This document shows positions 13,501 through 27,200 of a stretch of DNA of 64,000 nucleotides, in pieces. Made by a program: the position numbers and the translations under genes. The number at the start of each line of letters is the position of its first letter. Within the stretch, counting starts at the first letter, position 1. Below the pieces are notes generated by a model. That model was not told where the DNA came from and ran no database searches. It saw nothing but the letters and a program-made list of their open reading frames with translations. Origin of the DNA: Auanema rhodensis (Eukaryota > Animalia > Nematoda); contig OZ059895.1 of assembly GCA_964057225.1 (NCBI GenBank), positions 8,370,001 to 8,434,000 on the forward strand. The letters run 5' to 3'.

Positions 13501-14376
13501 CCCCTGAGCCAGCCCTATTATTGCGATCTATGAACATTAGCAATAGTAAAAGTAAAAGAATGAAGACATACTGGCTTTCTTATGCATCCACATGGGTGCA
13601 CCCCCAGAGGCTTGAGACTGAAGAAAATTAGATGCAGCGGCATAAACTGCAGCATCGTAGCCAGAATAGTTATTAGTATTATCTAGAAAACTTGCTTATT
13701 AAGGAGAAGCAATAAAAATTGTACTTTTAGGAGTAACAGATGAAAGAGCCGATGTGAGAGATGATTTAACTATGGGATTTCCGGTAGCTGAAGATCTTAC
13801 ATATCCACCTAGACCAGTACTTGCATTATGTCCTGATCCATAACCTGATCAGAAATAAAAATGAGCCAATTATAAACTACTTTGTGCTACCTTTACCCGC
13901 AGCTCCGAATGGAGCATATTGATTAGGATTTAAATTAGCAGCAGCAGTATAAGCATCAAACATTTTAGTAGCCTTTATAAAAAAACAATAATAAAAATGA
14001 ACCACGATATGAAAACCTGTTGCTGAACTGCCTGCGCAGCAAAGGCCTGAGCAGTGTTAGATGCAGCATTTGATGAGTGTTGATTGTATCCATAAGCAGC
14101 GGCTGCTACGGTATTCCCATAATTAGCATAAGAATTAGATGAGCTAAAATGGGCAGGTCTACTTAATGAATTCAAACTATCGTTTACCCAAAAACACTAC
14201 TTGGTAAATTCTGCTGAGGGTTAGCGGCTGCTTGACCTAAGCCGCCGTAAGCTGCCGAAGCAGCAGCTATGGCATTAGCCGTATAAGACGAACCGTATCC
14301 ACTGAATTAATTAACAAAGATTCAAAAAACATAGTAAAAACACAAACCCATAACCTCCTTGATTGTATCCATACAT
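10559..14376 (-). CDS. ZFR: Zinc finger RNA-binding protein (ZFR/Zn72D; three dsRNA-binding zinc fingers plus DZF domain)
   Basis: Ala/Tyr/Gln-rich N-terminus; [26 protein letters not shown]; [23 protein letters not shown]; [17 protein letters not shown]; DZF motifs [10 protein letters not shown] and [22 protein letters not shown]. Confidence 0.92.
12991..13014. repeat. (TAG)8 microsatellite inside a ZFR exon, encoding a poly-Thr tract (ACT codons on the minus strand)
   Basis: Direct reading: tagtagtagtagtagtagtagtag, in frame as ...[14 protein letters not shown]. Confidence 0.85.
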
Positions 14377-14763
14377 TATGTGAAAGTTAATGAGCACCAA
14401 GGCCCGTTCTTCGTACCAATTTACAAAACTACTAAGTATATTATAAAACCAGAAACCTGAATAATTTGTAAAATACAAGAACAAGTAATATTCACAAATT
14501 TATATTCTTCAATAAGCATGAAATCGCGTACAAAACATATTTTCCAAAAAAAAAGAGAAAAGTTGGACCGGAATATGAACATTTCGAACGGCGCGGCTTG
14601 AATCCGCACCGCGTTTACTACAGTAAACTAGTTTTTCGCCGTAGAGCACAAGAGCACACAATAGCAATAATATTCATAAACAAAAACAAAGTTTTAGTTG
14701 ATAACATAGAAGTGAGAATATGACAAGAAAAAACATTATATGTGAAAGAAATATAGTAGCTTT

Positions 14764-15668
14764 TTAATTGGGGAGAACACTTGTTCGTGGTTCCTTATCA
14801 AAATCGGAGTTAGGATGCCAGGACCATCTTTTCCAATATAAGAGAACGATAAGAAGGTCAGCAAGATAGAGAAGAGCACATACGAAAAGGACCCCCTTAA
14901 AGAAAGGATATTGTTGATTGAAAAAAGGCTGTAAAATGAATTTCCGTTCATTTTTTGAATATTTAGGAATCAATAATAGTTTTGTTTTCGTTGTTTTTTT
15001 GTTATTTACAAAATAGTTTGATGCGTACATTATTTCTTAAACAAGAAAAATAGTTACCGATGCTATAGCTGGCATTGTTTCCCAAACAGGGTTTATATCA
15101 GACCAATATCTGGCACAAAAAATTGCCATAAATAACGCTCCCACAATGAATCCGCTTATGAGAATGACGTAGAAAACAACCTCCTGAAGTAGAAAATTAG
15201 AATCGATCGGGTAGACCATAAATACCATAATATACCAAGCTGTTGCTTGACATTTTATATTTATTAATAGTGTATAAGATATCAAAAGAAAAAATGAAAT
15301 AATAATTCCAGTACTGCAGAAAAGCATCGGGATTCCGCGTTCATCTTGTACAGGTTGTGAAGAACATACAAGAATTAGAGCCAGAAAACATACAACCTAC
15401 AATGCAAAAATAGAGATGAAAAACCTTTATATGCAACTAGCTGAATTCAAAAACTTGTACTGTTTTTTTTTAATTTTGAAAGTTGTCAACTTACAATTTG
15501 TAAAAGTTTTATCAGTCCTCGTGCACTAGAAGGATAATGAGTATCCACATGCATCAATTTCCCATTTATTTCAAAACTTCCAGGAAATGTTTCAACCCAA
15601 GTTTCTGACATTTCCTGAATGTATTCTGTAGTTTCCTCGGGACAGTTATCGTAATAGTTTTTTCGCAT
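14764..15668 (-). CDS. Four-TM MARVEL/CKLF-like membrane protein
   Basis: Four exons splice in frame: ...YPSSARGLIKLLQI|VVCFLALILVC...AWYIM|EVVFYVIL...IAS|GVLFVCALLYLADL...PN*. The G-x-x-K-x-x-Q-I start and four hydrophobic helices are typical of MARVEL domains. Confidence 0.65.
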
Positions 15669-15839
15669 ACTCAGTCTAAAAAATCAAAACAAATTAATAA
15701 TATTAAAGTTTTTTTGTGTGAAAAGGAATGATATTACGAACAAAAGCTTTTTGTGGAAAAAAAAGAAAGATTTATAGATATTTATTTATATTTATAATAA
15801 AATTAGGTTGTCTGTTAGTATATAATAATATATATGAGA

Positions 15840-16220
15840 TGATGTTGTCGATGGAACTAAGAGGAATATGAACCTGGGAGTTTTTGCTTGCATCTTCATT
15901 GTTTGTATTTTCTCTTCATTCTAGCCAAACTCTGTTCATCATCTTCTTCGACTGAGACTAACTATTCTCATTATTCTTCGTTTTCTCTCATTCTTGAATT
16001 CTCTTCTTTTTGCCGAAATTTCAAGTCCTCCTTCTCCATCTATCCTACAGTTGTTCATACCTTCGTTATTATTTGTAAAAGCACCTGCTTAACTCAACGC
16101 ACCGTACTTGACAATCTTTCCAGATTGCCTTTCCCTATCCCCTTCCTCTTCTATTTCTCTCTACATTCTTTTCAAGCTATTTTCATATTAAAATTCCCTC
16201 GTTCATTCATCTTGACCTAT
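15840..16220 (-). pseudogene. Decayed coding-like or transposon-derived remnant
   Basis: Intron-free, purine-rich minus-strand stretch giving charged, protein-like translation broken by several stops in the frames read. No identifiable motif. Confidence 0.25.
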
Positions 16221-17687
16221 TAATAGCTGATTTGCCATTTTGCTCCACGTTTACTATTTACAAACTTGCATAGTGGCACGGTTTATAGATTGTAATTCAA
16301 ACCTTGCCCTAGAAACTTCGAGGCTACTGAAAAATTTGCAAAACTTTTCGATATTCGATTTGTTTAGTTTACTCCCGAATTAGGGTGCAGATTTTGGCAA
16401 TGCTCAGACCACATAGATCAAATATGAGCAAAAAACTTTGAGCTCGGAAATAATATCAAACAAAATTCTTCAATTCTTCACTCCTTTTTAAACAATATAA
16501 GAACAAGAATGAAAAATTTCATTTTTTTGTTTCTGAAGTATGATTTATTGAATACGAACATGTTTGTTGACTGAACACCAACTATGTTGACTGAACATCA
16601 ACTTTAGTTTCAACTTTAATTATATACAAAAAGGCTTACCATTACTTTTGCTCTCTTGAAAATGGTTTGACTTTTCTTTTACTAATTTTAGTAAATCACT
16701 TTGGCTAACACCTGTAAGTATAATATTGTAAAAGAGAGGAAATCAAGTGAATGCTCTGAAAATTTTAAAAATGAGTAATAAACAAACGGAACTAGAATAT
16801 ATTTGACAATGAATGTAATGAGGTATGACGAAGAACAGATTCCAAGCTCATCTAGCAATCCGTCCATCATCATCTGTTCATCGATTAACTACCGTCCATG
16901 AAATGGTCATATACACCATTGTAAACGGATAATCTGGTACGAAAACTAGACGTAATTTCTTCCTTTCAGACCTGCTAAACCACAGAAAATATTTTAGCGG
17001 ACCGACTGTCATCATGCGTACAAAGTGTAAACGATAGGCCGTCGAACTAATTCACTCTAAATCCTGTTCAAAAACAAATATCTTTTCTTCTGTTTCCTCT
17101 ACATGAACATAATAGGATAACATATTCTCCATACCGTATTACTGAATAAAAAAAATATGACAAAGATTTAATATTACATGATCTATACATTATCTTCAAG
17201 TTAAATATTTTCAAATCTATATTCACAAATGGGAAAAAAGCTTAGCGTTAATAATCTATTAATATGATTAAAGTGGTTATTGTTAGAAACATGATGGGTT
17301 TTCTTTTTTTACAAATACAGACGAAAGAAATTGAGAATTAAAAAAAAGATGAAATAGCTAAAAAGCATCAGCAAAAATTACTATAAATCAGAAAGTATCT
17401 AAAACAATCCTAAGATACGAAGAGATAAATCATCACATTAGGACATTAATACGATACCCATCCACAACCGTATCATAAGCGATTACACAATGCCCCGTGT
17501 TTATATGAAAATGCAGATGATTTCAGGAAAAAGGATTGAACAAACTTAGCCGTTAAGAATATCTCCCAACAGCTTCTTCTCACGAAGAGAACCTTCATAA
17601 GTGAAGCTTGTTAATATTAGAAAAGACAAAAAAAATTGTTAGCAATGAAAAAAAAAGTATGCACATGTATAACTTTCGAAGTAACGC

Positions 17688-19711
17688 TTAGATCAAACCA
17701 GCCATTTCGTGTTTCATTCGTGTAGCTACAGCAGCTACAAGAGCTGCTCCTCTACCTGAACCATCCTCTGATAACATGAGCTGATACTGAAAAATTTTGA
17801 AATTAGATGAAGCTATTAAGTATTATTGTACTTCAATATCTCCGTGAGTGAGATGATCAATTTTTTCGTCTAAAAGCTTAGGGAAACTGGGGTGGAAGCG
17901 GAAGACAGATCCATCAACACCGACCGTAACATGCTTCTTATCCATGTGGTTCAAAAGAGTGGCAATAGCGGCAGCGGTGAGATAGGCAGCTCTAAAAATA
18001 AAAATAATTATAAAATAACATATTGACAAAAAAAGTACCTAGTGCTGACAAGATTACAAACATAAGCAACATTAGCACAATCGGCATTTGAGACACGTTC
18101 AATTCCAATATCTTCCAAGATTTGGAAAGTCTTTTGGAATGTGCAGTCATCATCTTCCAATAAGTCACTGAATTATATTATTTAAAGAGAATCGATTGAA
18201 TAGGTATACCTTTCGATTTCAGAAAGATACTTAGTTGGGAAACAACCACGTTTGGAAATTGCCTCACTATCACCGTCAAAAAGAAGATGCTCTCTGGCTA
18301 AACGCTCAAGAATAACTCTTGTAATTTCTCCCAAATACATTCCGCTGATCATTTTCTCAAATCTACAAATATGAAAATAGAAAAGAAAAAGCTGTTTACA
18401 TTACAATTGTTTTCCACAGTTCAAACTACGTTGATCGACAATCTCATCAAATTCTGTGCGAATGAATTCGAGGCTTCCGTCATCTCCGAAACCTCCCCAT
18501 TCAGTGTTAATAATCATCTAAAAAGAGATTCTCCATGCCAAAGTCAACTTTTGAATTTTCATTACCTCATCGGGAAGGCCATCAGCAGAATCAATTTCTC
18601 CTTCCAGTTTGGAAATATTTTCCAATTTTTCCATATAACAGGCGTTGGTTCCCGTTCCTACGATTACCCCTACTTGGCAAGTGTTCTCTTTGAAAGCACA
18701 TGCCATTAGTGTTCCAACTGTATCATTCAGTACAGCAACAACATCAATATCAATGTCCTGAAATTCCAACAGTCTTAATTGTTCTGTCGAAAAACAACAT
18801 ACTTTACGACGAGCACAAGCTTCGCGAAGTAATGTGACAACGTCAGCCCCTTCTACTCCTGAAGCGGTGAAACCTTTGGTCCAATTGATGAGTGTAGCCC
18901 TGAACGATTAGTATACGATGTGTCACGCAATGATATAAACTTACTCTGTTAGTCCGTGTTGTTGACAAGGGAATGAAAATGTGAATCCCAAGGGCAAATT
19001 AGAGGCATTCTTCAAATTATGCTCTTCCATAAATTTGGCCATACATTCAGCAATATGATCAAATAACTGCAATTGTTTTAAAAATGAACACTTTTCAAAA
19101 ATTTTGACATACTGCTTCTCCTTGTCCTCTCATTATATGCTCAGGAACACGGAAGATTTTGCTTTTCATTTCAGCTTCACGACCTTCTAAGCGAATCCAA
19201 AGAACACGGAAGTTAGTTCCACCAAGATCCAATGCCAAAAAATCTCCGAATTCTTTACCATTTGGAACAGAGCGAACAAAGGAAGGAAGCATTTTCAGAG
19301 CAGCTTCAGAAGCTAAAAGGGGGATGTGAATAAAAATATTTTCAAAAAAAGCTAACATGTCTCTTTTGAAAGTCCTTTTTTCATTGAAATTTCAAGAGAC
19401 TTCATCATTCGAATAAGTTTCTCATCAGATACAAAAAGGCATCGGCAAATCTGTTCGATCTGAAACATTTTATTGAGGAAAAGTACAAATACAGTCTTTT
19501 CGATTCTTTTTCTTCAATTCAACCAATTGCCAAACTGCTTAGTTTATCAATATGTACTATTTGTAAACTTTTCGAGACAAAAATAACTTCAAATGAAAAG
19601 AAGAGAACAGACCATCTCTCTAACAGATAAGTGCCGCTGACGTTTGAAAACGGCCAACTCTTCGAGAGATTGGAGCATCTCATCTTTGTAGGAATCGAGA
19701 ACCATTGCCAT
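17688..19711 (-). CDS. hxk-1: Hexokinase
   Basis: [84 protein letters not shown]. Nearest first exon 19613-19711 (CTACAG|ATG). The hxk-1 assignment rests on recalled similarity and adjacency to rpoa-2. Confidence 0.93.
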
Positions 19712-22700
19712 CTGTAGGGAATTTACGTAAAATTTTGGCGAAAGAAAAAACTAAAACAGAATGAGAAAAGAAAGAGAAAATAACATAAGACTAGCTATAA
19801 CTCAGATATAACATAGAACACAAAAGTTTATATAAGCGGTTACCGCATGGTAAACGGAGGCGGGAGTTTCACAAAATTTTGATCACAAGATTTCAATAAA
19901 GATACTAAATCGTGCAGAAAAGATTTTAGAAGAATGGTTAGATCAACGTTTTTGTTGTTGGTGTCTAAGATTATATCACAATAGATGAAAGCTAATGCTT
20001 TTAGACAATAAGAGAAACAGCAAAATAGACACAAAATGCTATGAAAACGCATCATGGAAATACGAAAAGAATCATCGAGTAAAGCAGTAAGAATAACAGG
20101 AGAAAGATTGAAGTTGGTATGACGCAGCTGAGTCCTCTTTTGTACTTTGGCAGCTGTTAGACATCTTCAAAAACAAAGCAAAAAGAGCATAAAGCGTGGA
20201 GAAATTGAGGACAAACTGATAAGATGGAAATATATGCAGATAGTCTGTTCATAAACTATCGAAAAGGCTACAACTTGAAATGACGCCATGAGCGACTGTC
20301 ATTCCTCGTGATTCGTCGCCTTTGTCTTTATTTCACTTTGCACCCTTAACTAAAAGATCAAAGCGTAACTATCCAGATGAAAAGAACCAGAAAGACAGAA
20401 GTTAACTATATGAAAAGAAATGACATTCTGTAGAGCAAGACTAAGCATATGTATATCACTTCTATATACAGTTTTTATTTTCAGCTAGTAGGCGGAGCAT
20501 GCTATGCTGATCATTGGGGGCTCTAGGCTACAAAGAGCGTTCAGGTTAAGGACTGTATCAGGATCGAATCTAGTAATGCTAATCATAAATCATGAGTATT
20601 GACAAGGACACAAGGATAACACAGAAAAAGTACTATCCATATAAGTTATAGTAGATATACATCAATTCTGAGAAATTACATACATCACTGATAAAAGAGA
20701 AAATTCGCGCACAGTTCTTCCTTACATCCATGCATTCTAAATATTTCGCTTGATCATCTGTGCGAGAATGCCAAAATAACAAAATTTTTTTAGACGTGTG
20801 GACCAAATCTCACAATGCTGTTTAAACAATTTTATCTCTGCCAACACGGATTCCAAGCGTTGACTTTAATCAAGCAAAAAAACATAAACATAAACCCGGC
20901 TTTAATATTCTCCATCCACATCTAGAGGTACTTGCTGGCTTCACATAAACAAGTAACAATCTGTTCTAGGGAAATATGTGATCATTTCGTAATAGCCTTA
21001 TCAGAATGAATTCAACATAAAGATAAGAGATTCTTCCAGAACTGCTGCTGGAATTGAATCCAAAAAAAGGAGGAAAATCAAAAAAATATATACATACATT
21101 TGTAAGAGCAAGAGCAAAGAGCACAATAAATGATATTAATGAAACTATTAACGTTTTATGGTGGATAGAATTCAAAGATCGAATGACAAAACTACAAAAG
21201 TCTAGAATGCAGAACACACATAATAGAAATACAAAAGTTTCTCCAATACAAGAAAAAGGGAAAACAAAAACTCTGATTATATCATCAGAAAAAAGCAGAG
21301 GATTCAGAGAAGAAAAGAAAATGGATGAAAGATGAGAGAAAAAGAGATTGAGATATGAGGGAGTTGGTAATAAGGTGTGTATGGCGTGAACCGAAGAGAG
21401 AGAAGGTGATTTTGAGAGTAAAAGAGATGATTAGAACGGTTTCTCAATATCATATTATATATAGATATCTTCATCAAATCCTAGCTAGGAGCAAAACATT
21501 AAAAAATCAATATAGCTAGTATCTGATATGGATCCACTCTTTAATGTGAAGAATATTGATCAGTCTATCCAACAATGTGAGAAGACTACAATATATCTAC
21601 CAAAGCAAAACAAAAGATGTTGTCTTTGATGTGCTATGAAGAAATATAACCAGAGATCACATAATATACATATGTGATTTCCGTAGCGTGTATCGCACTA
21701 CAAACTAAAAATAATTTTAACCCAGACTACTTGGCGAAATTTAAAACATCACCACTGCTGTCGTCATCGACATCACCGTCGCGATCATCATTATCATCTG
21801 ACGGGACAGCAAACTGTAGCTGACGAAGAAGAATCTGCCGGTAATGAAGACGATAATGACAAGGGCGAAGACAAAATGATGACGATGCTAACATCCATTG
21901 CGCTAGGAAAACGGAAGAAAACGAATAATATAATAAATCGTGGAGGAGATAAGATAATAATCGTAAGTTGACTTCTCAGCTTTGTTCATTAGAAAGAACA
22001 TGTCGTTGTGATACCTTATTCAGAATCAAACCAGTCTTCATTTTTTTTCAAATCAAACGGAAACAATTGAACTTCAAATCAACACGTGTTTGTCGAATAT
22101 AATGTGCGTCAATGCAAATACAAAATATGATGTCAGAAGACAACAGATTTTGTTCCGCAATGACAAATAGCAACGGTAGATATCTGCACATAAGCGTCAT
22201 CACGATGAGACGAAGACGACAAGAAGCCAAAAGTCATATTTTAACTTCGGCGAATTAAGTGTCTCAGAACACGATGTAAGTATGTTGCTATAAAAATACA
22301 AGCTTTAATTTGGCGTATATATCCTTATTTGAGATATATTATTATTTGGTATAAACTCTACCAAAGAGGCTATGTTGCACTAGGAGAAAGTGGTGAGCAA
22401 TACAGAAGTGTATGTGTATAGAAACAGCTGAAGACTATTCCCATGAAACTGACCATTACAAAGTGTGATAATAAATCTGATAAAACCTCGATAAGGTCAT
22501 GGTTCAATGTCTTTACACATGGAATTTTGTACCCCCCTCTCCGATAAGAAATCTTGGAAATTACTATAGAATAACAGTAATGATAACACATTAATAGTGT
22601 TATATAGTAAATTTTTGAAGAAATCACTTATGATCTGAAGTCACTGAAAGAATATAAATATAAATGAAGACACGTTTGACTATTTTTAGTCCCAGACATT

Positions 22701-24211
22701 GTTTTTCGGGTTTTGTTCAAGTCCAGAATGACATCATCTGCAGTTGGAAAGGATAATGCGTTAGTTAGAGTAAATCGAACAACACGACGAGGAGAATCAC
22801 AGGCAAGTATAAACAGAATAGTAAAATCAGAACAGACTACAGCAGATGGAGCAGATCGAATTTGGCATAGGGAATATGAAGATATTTGGAAAAAAAACCT
22901 GTTCTCCACTCAGCAGATCGCAGTTTCGTCGTTGTGATAGACCTCGTAGACGATCCAAGCTGTGTGAAGCTTGTCTCTGCATAATTCATAAGCAATCTCC
23001 TTCTTTTATTCACAACTCTATACTTTCTTGCCTTTCAAGTCCTACCTGCAAGAAAATCTATACAAAACCGCTCAGTACTTCCGTTTTCTTAAAAATGATA
23101 AGGAAGCCAAGTAAAGATGTTTCCTACGAAAAACGTACAATTCGAACTATTCACTATTCCTGAAGAAATTTCTTATTACTCTTGATATTCTTACTCGTTT
23201 TCTACGTAATTCTTATCACACCCTGTAATACTATTTGACTATAATATGTAAAAGTCTAGCGATTGTATCAATATGATTACTCTGAGAAATGGAAATATTG
23301 AATACGAAAGCTATGGATTTGTTTTAATTCTAATTGTAACAGACTCTAATCTAACATAAAAAAAGTGTCTGCAAGATAGGATCTCTAAAATTGAATAGTA
23401 CAAAATACCAGATGATACGCAGCTCTCCATAATTTACACATATGCATCCACTTGGTAGAACCAGGCCAAGTAGAAAAATTAGAAAGTACAATGAGAAACT
23501 GTTAACTTTATGAGAAAATTTTTGATACACGTATTTTATGAAATATAAGAAATTCAAAATAATATATTGAAAACGATTATAAAGTCTTATTACGATTTTT
23601 TTCTTATACTTTGCATCCTTTAAAAAATATTCAATATTCAAATACTATTCATCGAAACAAAGAGAACAACGAAACAAAATTCACAGTGCGGAATGGACTA
23701 ATGGGATGATTAAAGGAGGACATGAAAGAGCACGGAGAAAATAAATAAAACGGACAACTGAGGTTACTGAGGAACGAGACTTGAAGCTTGAGCTTCATGA
23801 GCCGGTTATTTCATATATTTATAAAGGAATGAAAAATCAATATTTCCGGAAAATGACAAAAGCGAGCTGTCTGTACAAGCTGCATCATGTTGCGCCATTC
23901 GCGCGTTGCGCTCTATCCACACCATTTCAGAGAAGTTAATTTTTAAATTTGTATCCTAGTTTTTTTGAATACTGTACATAATCCTGACTGAAAGCCATTT
24001 TCAATGGAATTTTATCCAACCAAAAGTTTTGCAGTGATTTTAATTTCAAAAATGATTACTATCTACACGTTTATTTGATCTAGCGCCTTGGTAGTGAAAT
24101 ATATAACGCATCACAATAAAACTTAGTAATTTTAACAATCAACAATCATAAAAACAACAATTTCTTTAACAATGTTGAAACAATGGCGACATTGAAACAA
24201 AAAACAATAAT

Positions 24212-24232
24212 AACAACAACAACAACAACAAC
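24212..24232. repeat. (AAC)7 microsatellite just downstream of the rpoa-2 stop codon (3' UTR)
   Basis: Direct reading. Confidence 0.85.
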
Positions 24233-24256
24233 AAGTCAAGACTAGATGAGAATCAA

Positions 24257-27200
24257 CTATGCTTTAGTGACATCAACTACATCTTTAACACTTAACTGTA
24301 CTTTAACGTTCATAGCTGCTAACTCAGCTGTCAAAAAGCGGAACACTCTAGGTACTTGAATAAGGAACACTTGATCATCTTTGTTGCAATTTCGGCAAAT
24401 TTGTTTCTCAGAATAATCTTCAGACTTATTTTCACCCTGCAAAAAACTTATGGTAAATATAATAACATCACACACATACCTTCTTCTGTTGAACATTCCT
24501 CACTACCTTAGTATTCATGAGTACTGACAAAAGAGATCCACATCGCTTACAAATGTAAGCAACATCACGATCAGAGCAATTCAACAAGCGATCCTGAAAC
24601 ACAAAAATATGAATGATATAATACATCAAATATATATTATACTTGAAGAACGAAAGAAGTTCCATGAGCAATAATAGCATCACGCTCCATTTCTCCAAAA
24701 CGAATTCCTCCTCCTTTTTTACGACCTTTCACAGGTTGATGCGTGACAGTATCAATAGCTCCGGTAGCTCTTACCTAAATATAAGAATTGGAACTCTTTA
24801 AAAAATTTTAAATCGTACTTGGAATTTGTCAGCAATCATATGTCGCAACCTCTGATAGTATACCACGCCGAAGAAGATTTGACACTAAATTTAATGAATT
24901 ATAGAGAAAATCATCCATAACTGAAAACCTCCATTTGTCGTCCATCTACACCAGAATAGAAAGTTTCATTTCCGTGATAGTTATACCCGGCTTTAGTGAG
25001 TAATTGACCGAAATGATCAATAGCTGTTTTTTTCTCACTAAGAAAACAATATGAAATATGAAAAATAATTTTAAAACCCACTTGAAGACGAATGGAGAAG
25101 CATCATATGTTTCACCATGCATCGCAGCTGCTTTACCAGCCATACTCTCAATCATCATTCCTGAAAGAAATTGTATTATCAGCTAGATTGATATATATAT
25201 TCAAATACCGATAGTCATCCGAGATGGGAAACCATGAGGATTGAAAATGATATCCGGTACCATACCACTCTCACTAAATGGTAAGCTTTCCACTGGCCAA
25301 AGGAATGAATTAATTCCTTTCTGCCCGTGTCTGGAAGCGAACTTATCTCCAATAATTGGATTACGTTCTATTCTCCATTGGATAAGCGCACACTGAAGAA
25401 ATTGAATAATGCAACAAATGGTGCAATCATATAATACCTTCGCTCCAACATCCTCTCTGCCATCTTCATCTTTAACCAATCTTACCATACCACAGTAAGC
25501 AGGCTCTGCATAATGGAACTTATGTACTCTATGTTGTCCAGTAAGCTGATTGTAGGTGGAATAGTACACATCACCTAAAAAATCAAATGGTGTGACTTTT
25601 AAATAATAATTAAGAAACCCATGAGGTATCTTCTGCCAGGAATCGGCAATCCATCCACATCAATGGTATGGCATGGAACAAGGGGATCTTTACGGAAGAA
25701 ACTTTTCTTGTCCATTGAAGTTGATAGCATAATTCTGAGAATGAATGTTTTAAGTGAGAACTTGTCTCAAACATACTTTTCAACTTTGATGACGGTACCA
25801 TGAGCAAAACCTCTTTGATATGATGCTTTGTTAATAGTCATAGCATCTTCCATATCATATCCCGTGTATGAAATTACAGCAACACAAGCATTTGTTCCGG
25901 AAGGATATTCATCCATTTCATACTTGTCATGAGCTTCGGTCTTTAACATAGGTTTCTGAGGAAACTGAAACAAGCAAAAATAATCATAACTGTTCCAGAA
26001 TTCTTAAATTACCTGTAAACGGTACATCTTATTGTCTGTACGCTTGTGCCAAGTATGAACTGCAGTTCCCATAGTTTGTTTTGCCATCTGACACTGATAT
26101 ACATTACTGAATAAAGAAAAGAGATTAGTTCAAATTTTTTTTGAAAAGTACCGGGGTGACTGATTGTGATCAGGGAACGGAATGAGATTACCCGCAAAAG
26201 AAAATAAGCAACTAGGATGAAGCTCTTGATGTATAGTAACTCCAGGCTCTTCCTCTTTAGGGTCAATAATAATGGAAAGATAGGCTTGTTCAAATGTTCC
26301 TAAACAAGAAATATGGTTTTAATTATTATTTCAAACTACTATATCACCTATATATTCGGTTGACTTGGTGAGTAAATTATTCACAGGCCGAATCAAACGG
26401 GCTGGTTCTGTGAAGATGTATAAACCAGGATACTGGGTAATGATATTATCCGGATCAAGAGATTTCTTTACTAATGCGATCTGAATTTAAAATTTAAAAA
26501 AGTCTATAATTGATAAATCAACTTCAGCTAGATAAGGCACTCGGTTATCCTTGGAATCTACTTTGGCTAAACGCAATTTTTTAGCAAAGTATTCTCCCAT
26601 ATTGACAGGTATGTAACCAACGAACTTTCCATCAGAAAATACTGGGAAGAACTGAAATTGAAGATGAACTTTTTTAAAGCTGTGAATGAAACTTCTTCAT
26701 CAGAACGAGCTAATCCAACACTTTGATGGGTATACATTCCTAATTCGGTCAAGAAAGACGTCAAATTTCTACAGTCAGAATAATGAGTGACTATACGGCA
26801 AGAAGCAGTTAAATGGTTAAGAAGTCCGCATGGTGCACCTGTTAAATAAAGTTTTTTCAACCCAATAAAAAGTTTAAACACGTACCGTCAGGAGTGTGTA
26901 CAGGGCAAATGAAACCCCAAGCTTCTGGCCTAAGTTTACGTACATCTGTTGTTCTCATTTCCATGAAGAAAGCACCTCTATGGATAGCTCGAAAATGAGA
27001 AATAAACCGAAGTTGATTGATCCTTTCAGCAATAACACAGAATCCAGTTTTCTAAATATATAAACAGTTTATTATAAACTGCATGTGTAATAACCTGCTG
27101 AAGACAAAGTCCAGATCTTGTGTTTAAGTTACCGGTAGCCAAAAAATATTCCAATCCTCTCGTTATTTCAACTTGACCATGTTTTCCCAAAGCTTTTATA

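Noticed and set aside
14144-14200. Apparent frameshift between ZFR exons 2 and 3
   Set aside because: Resolved by a canonical 44-nt intron, 14144-14187.
20966-23641. Several short single-exon ORFs in the hxk-1 upstream region
   Set aside because: Low-complexity, F/L/K-biased translations typical of AT-rich non-coding DNA.
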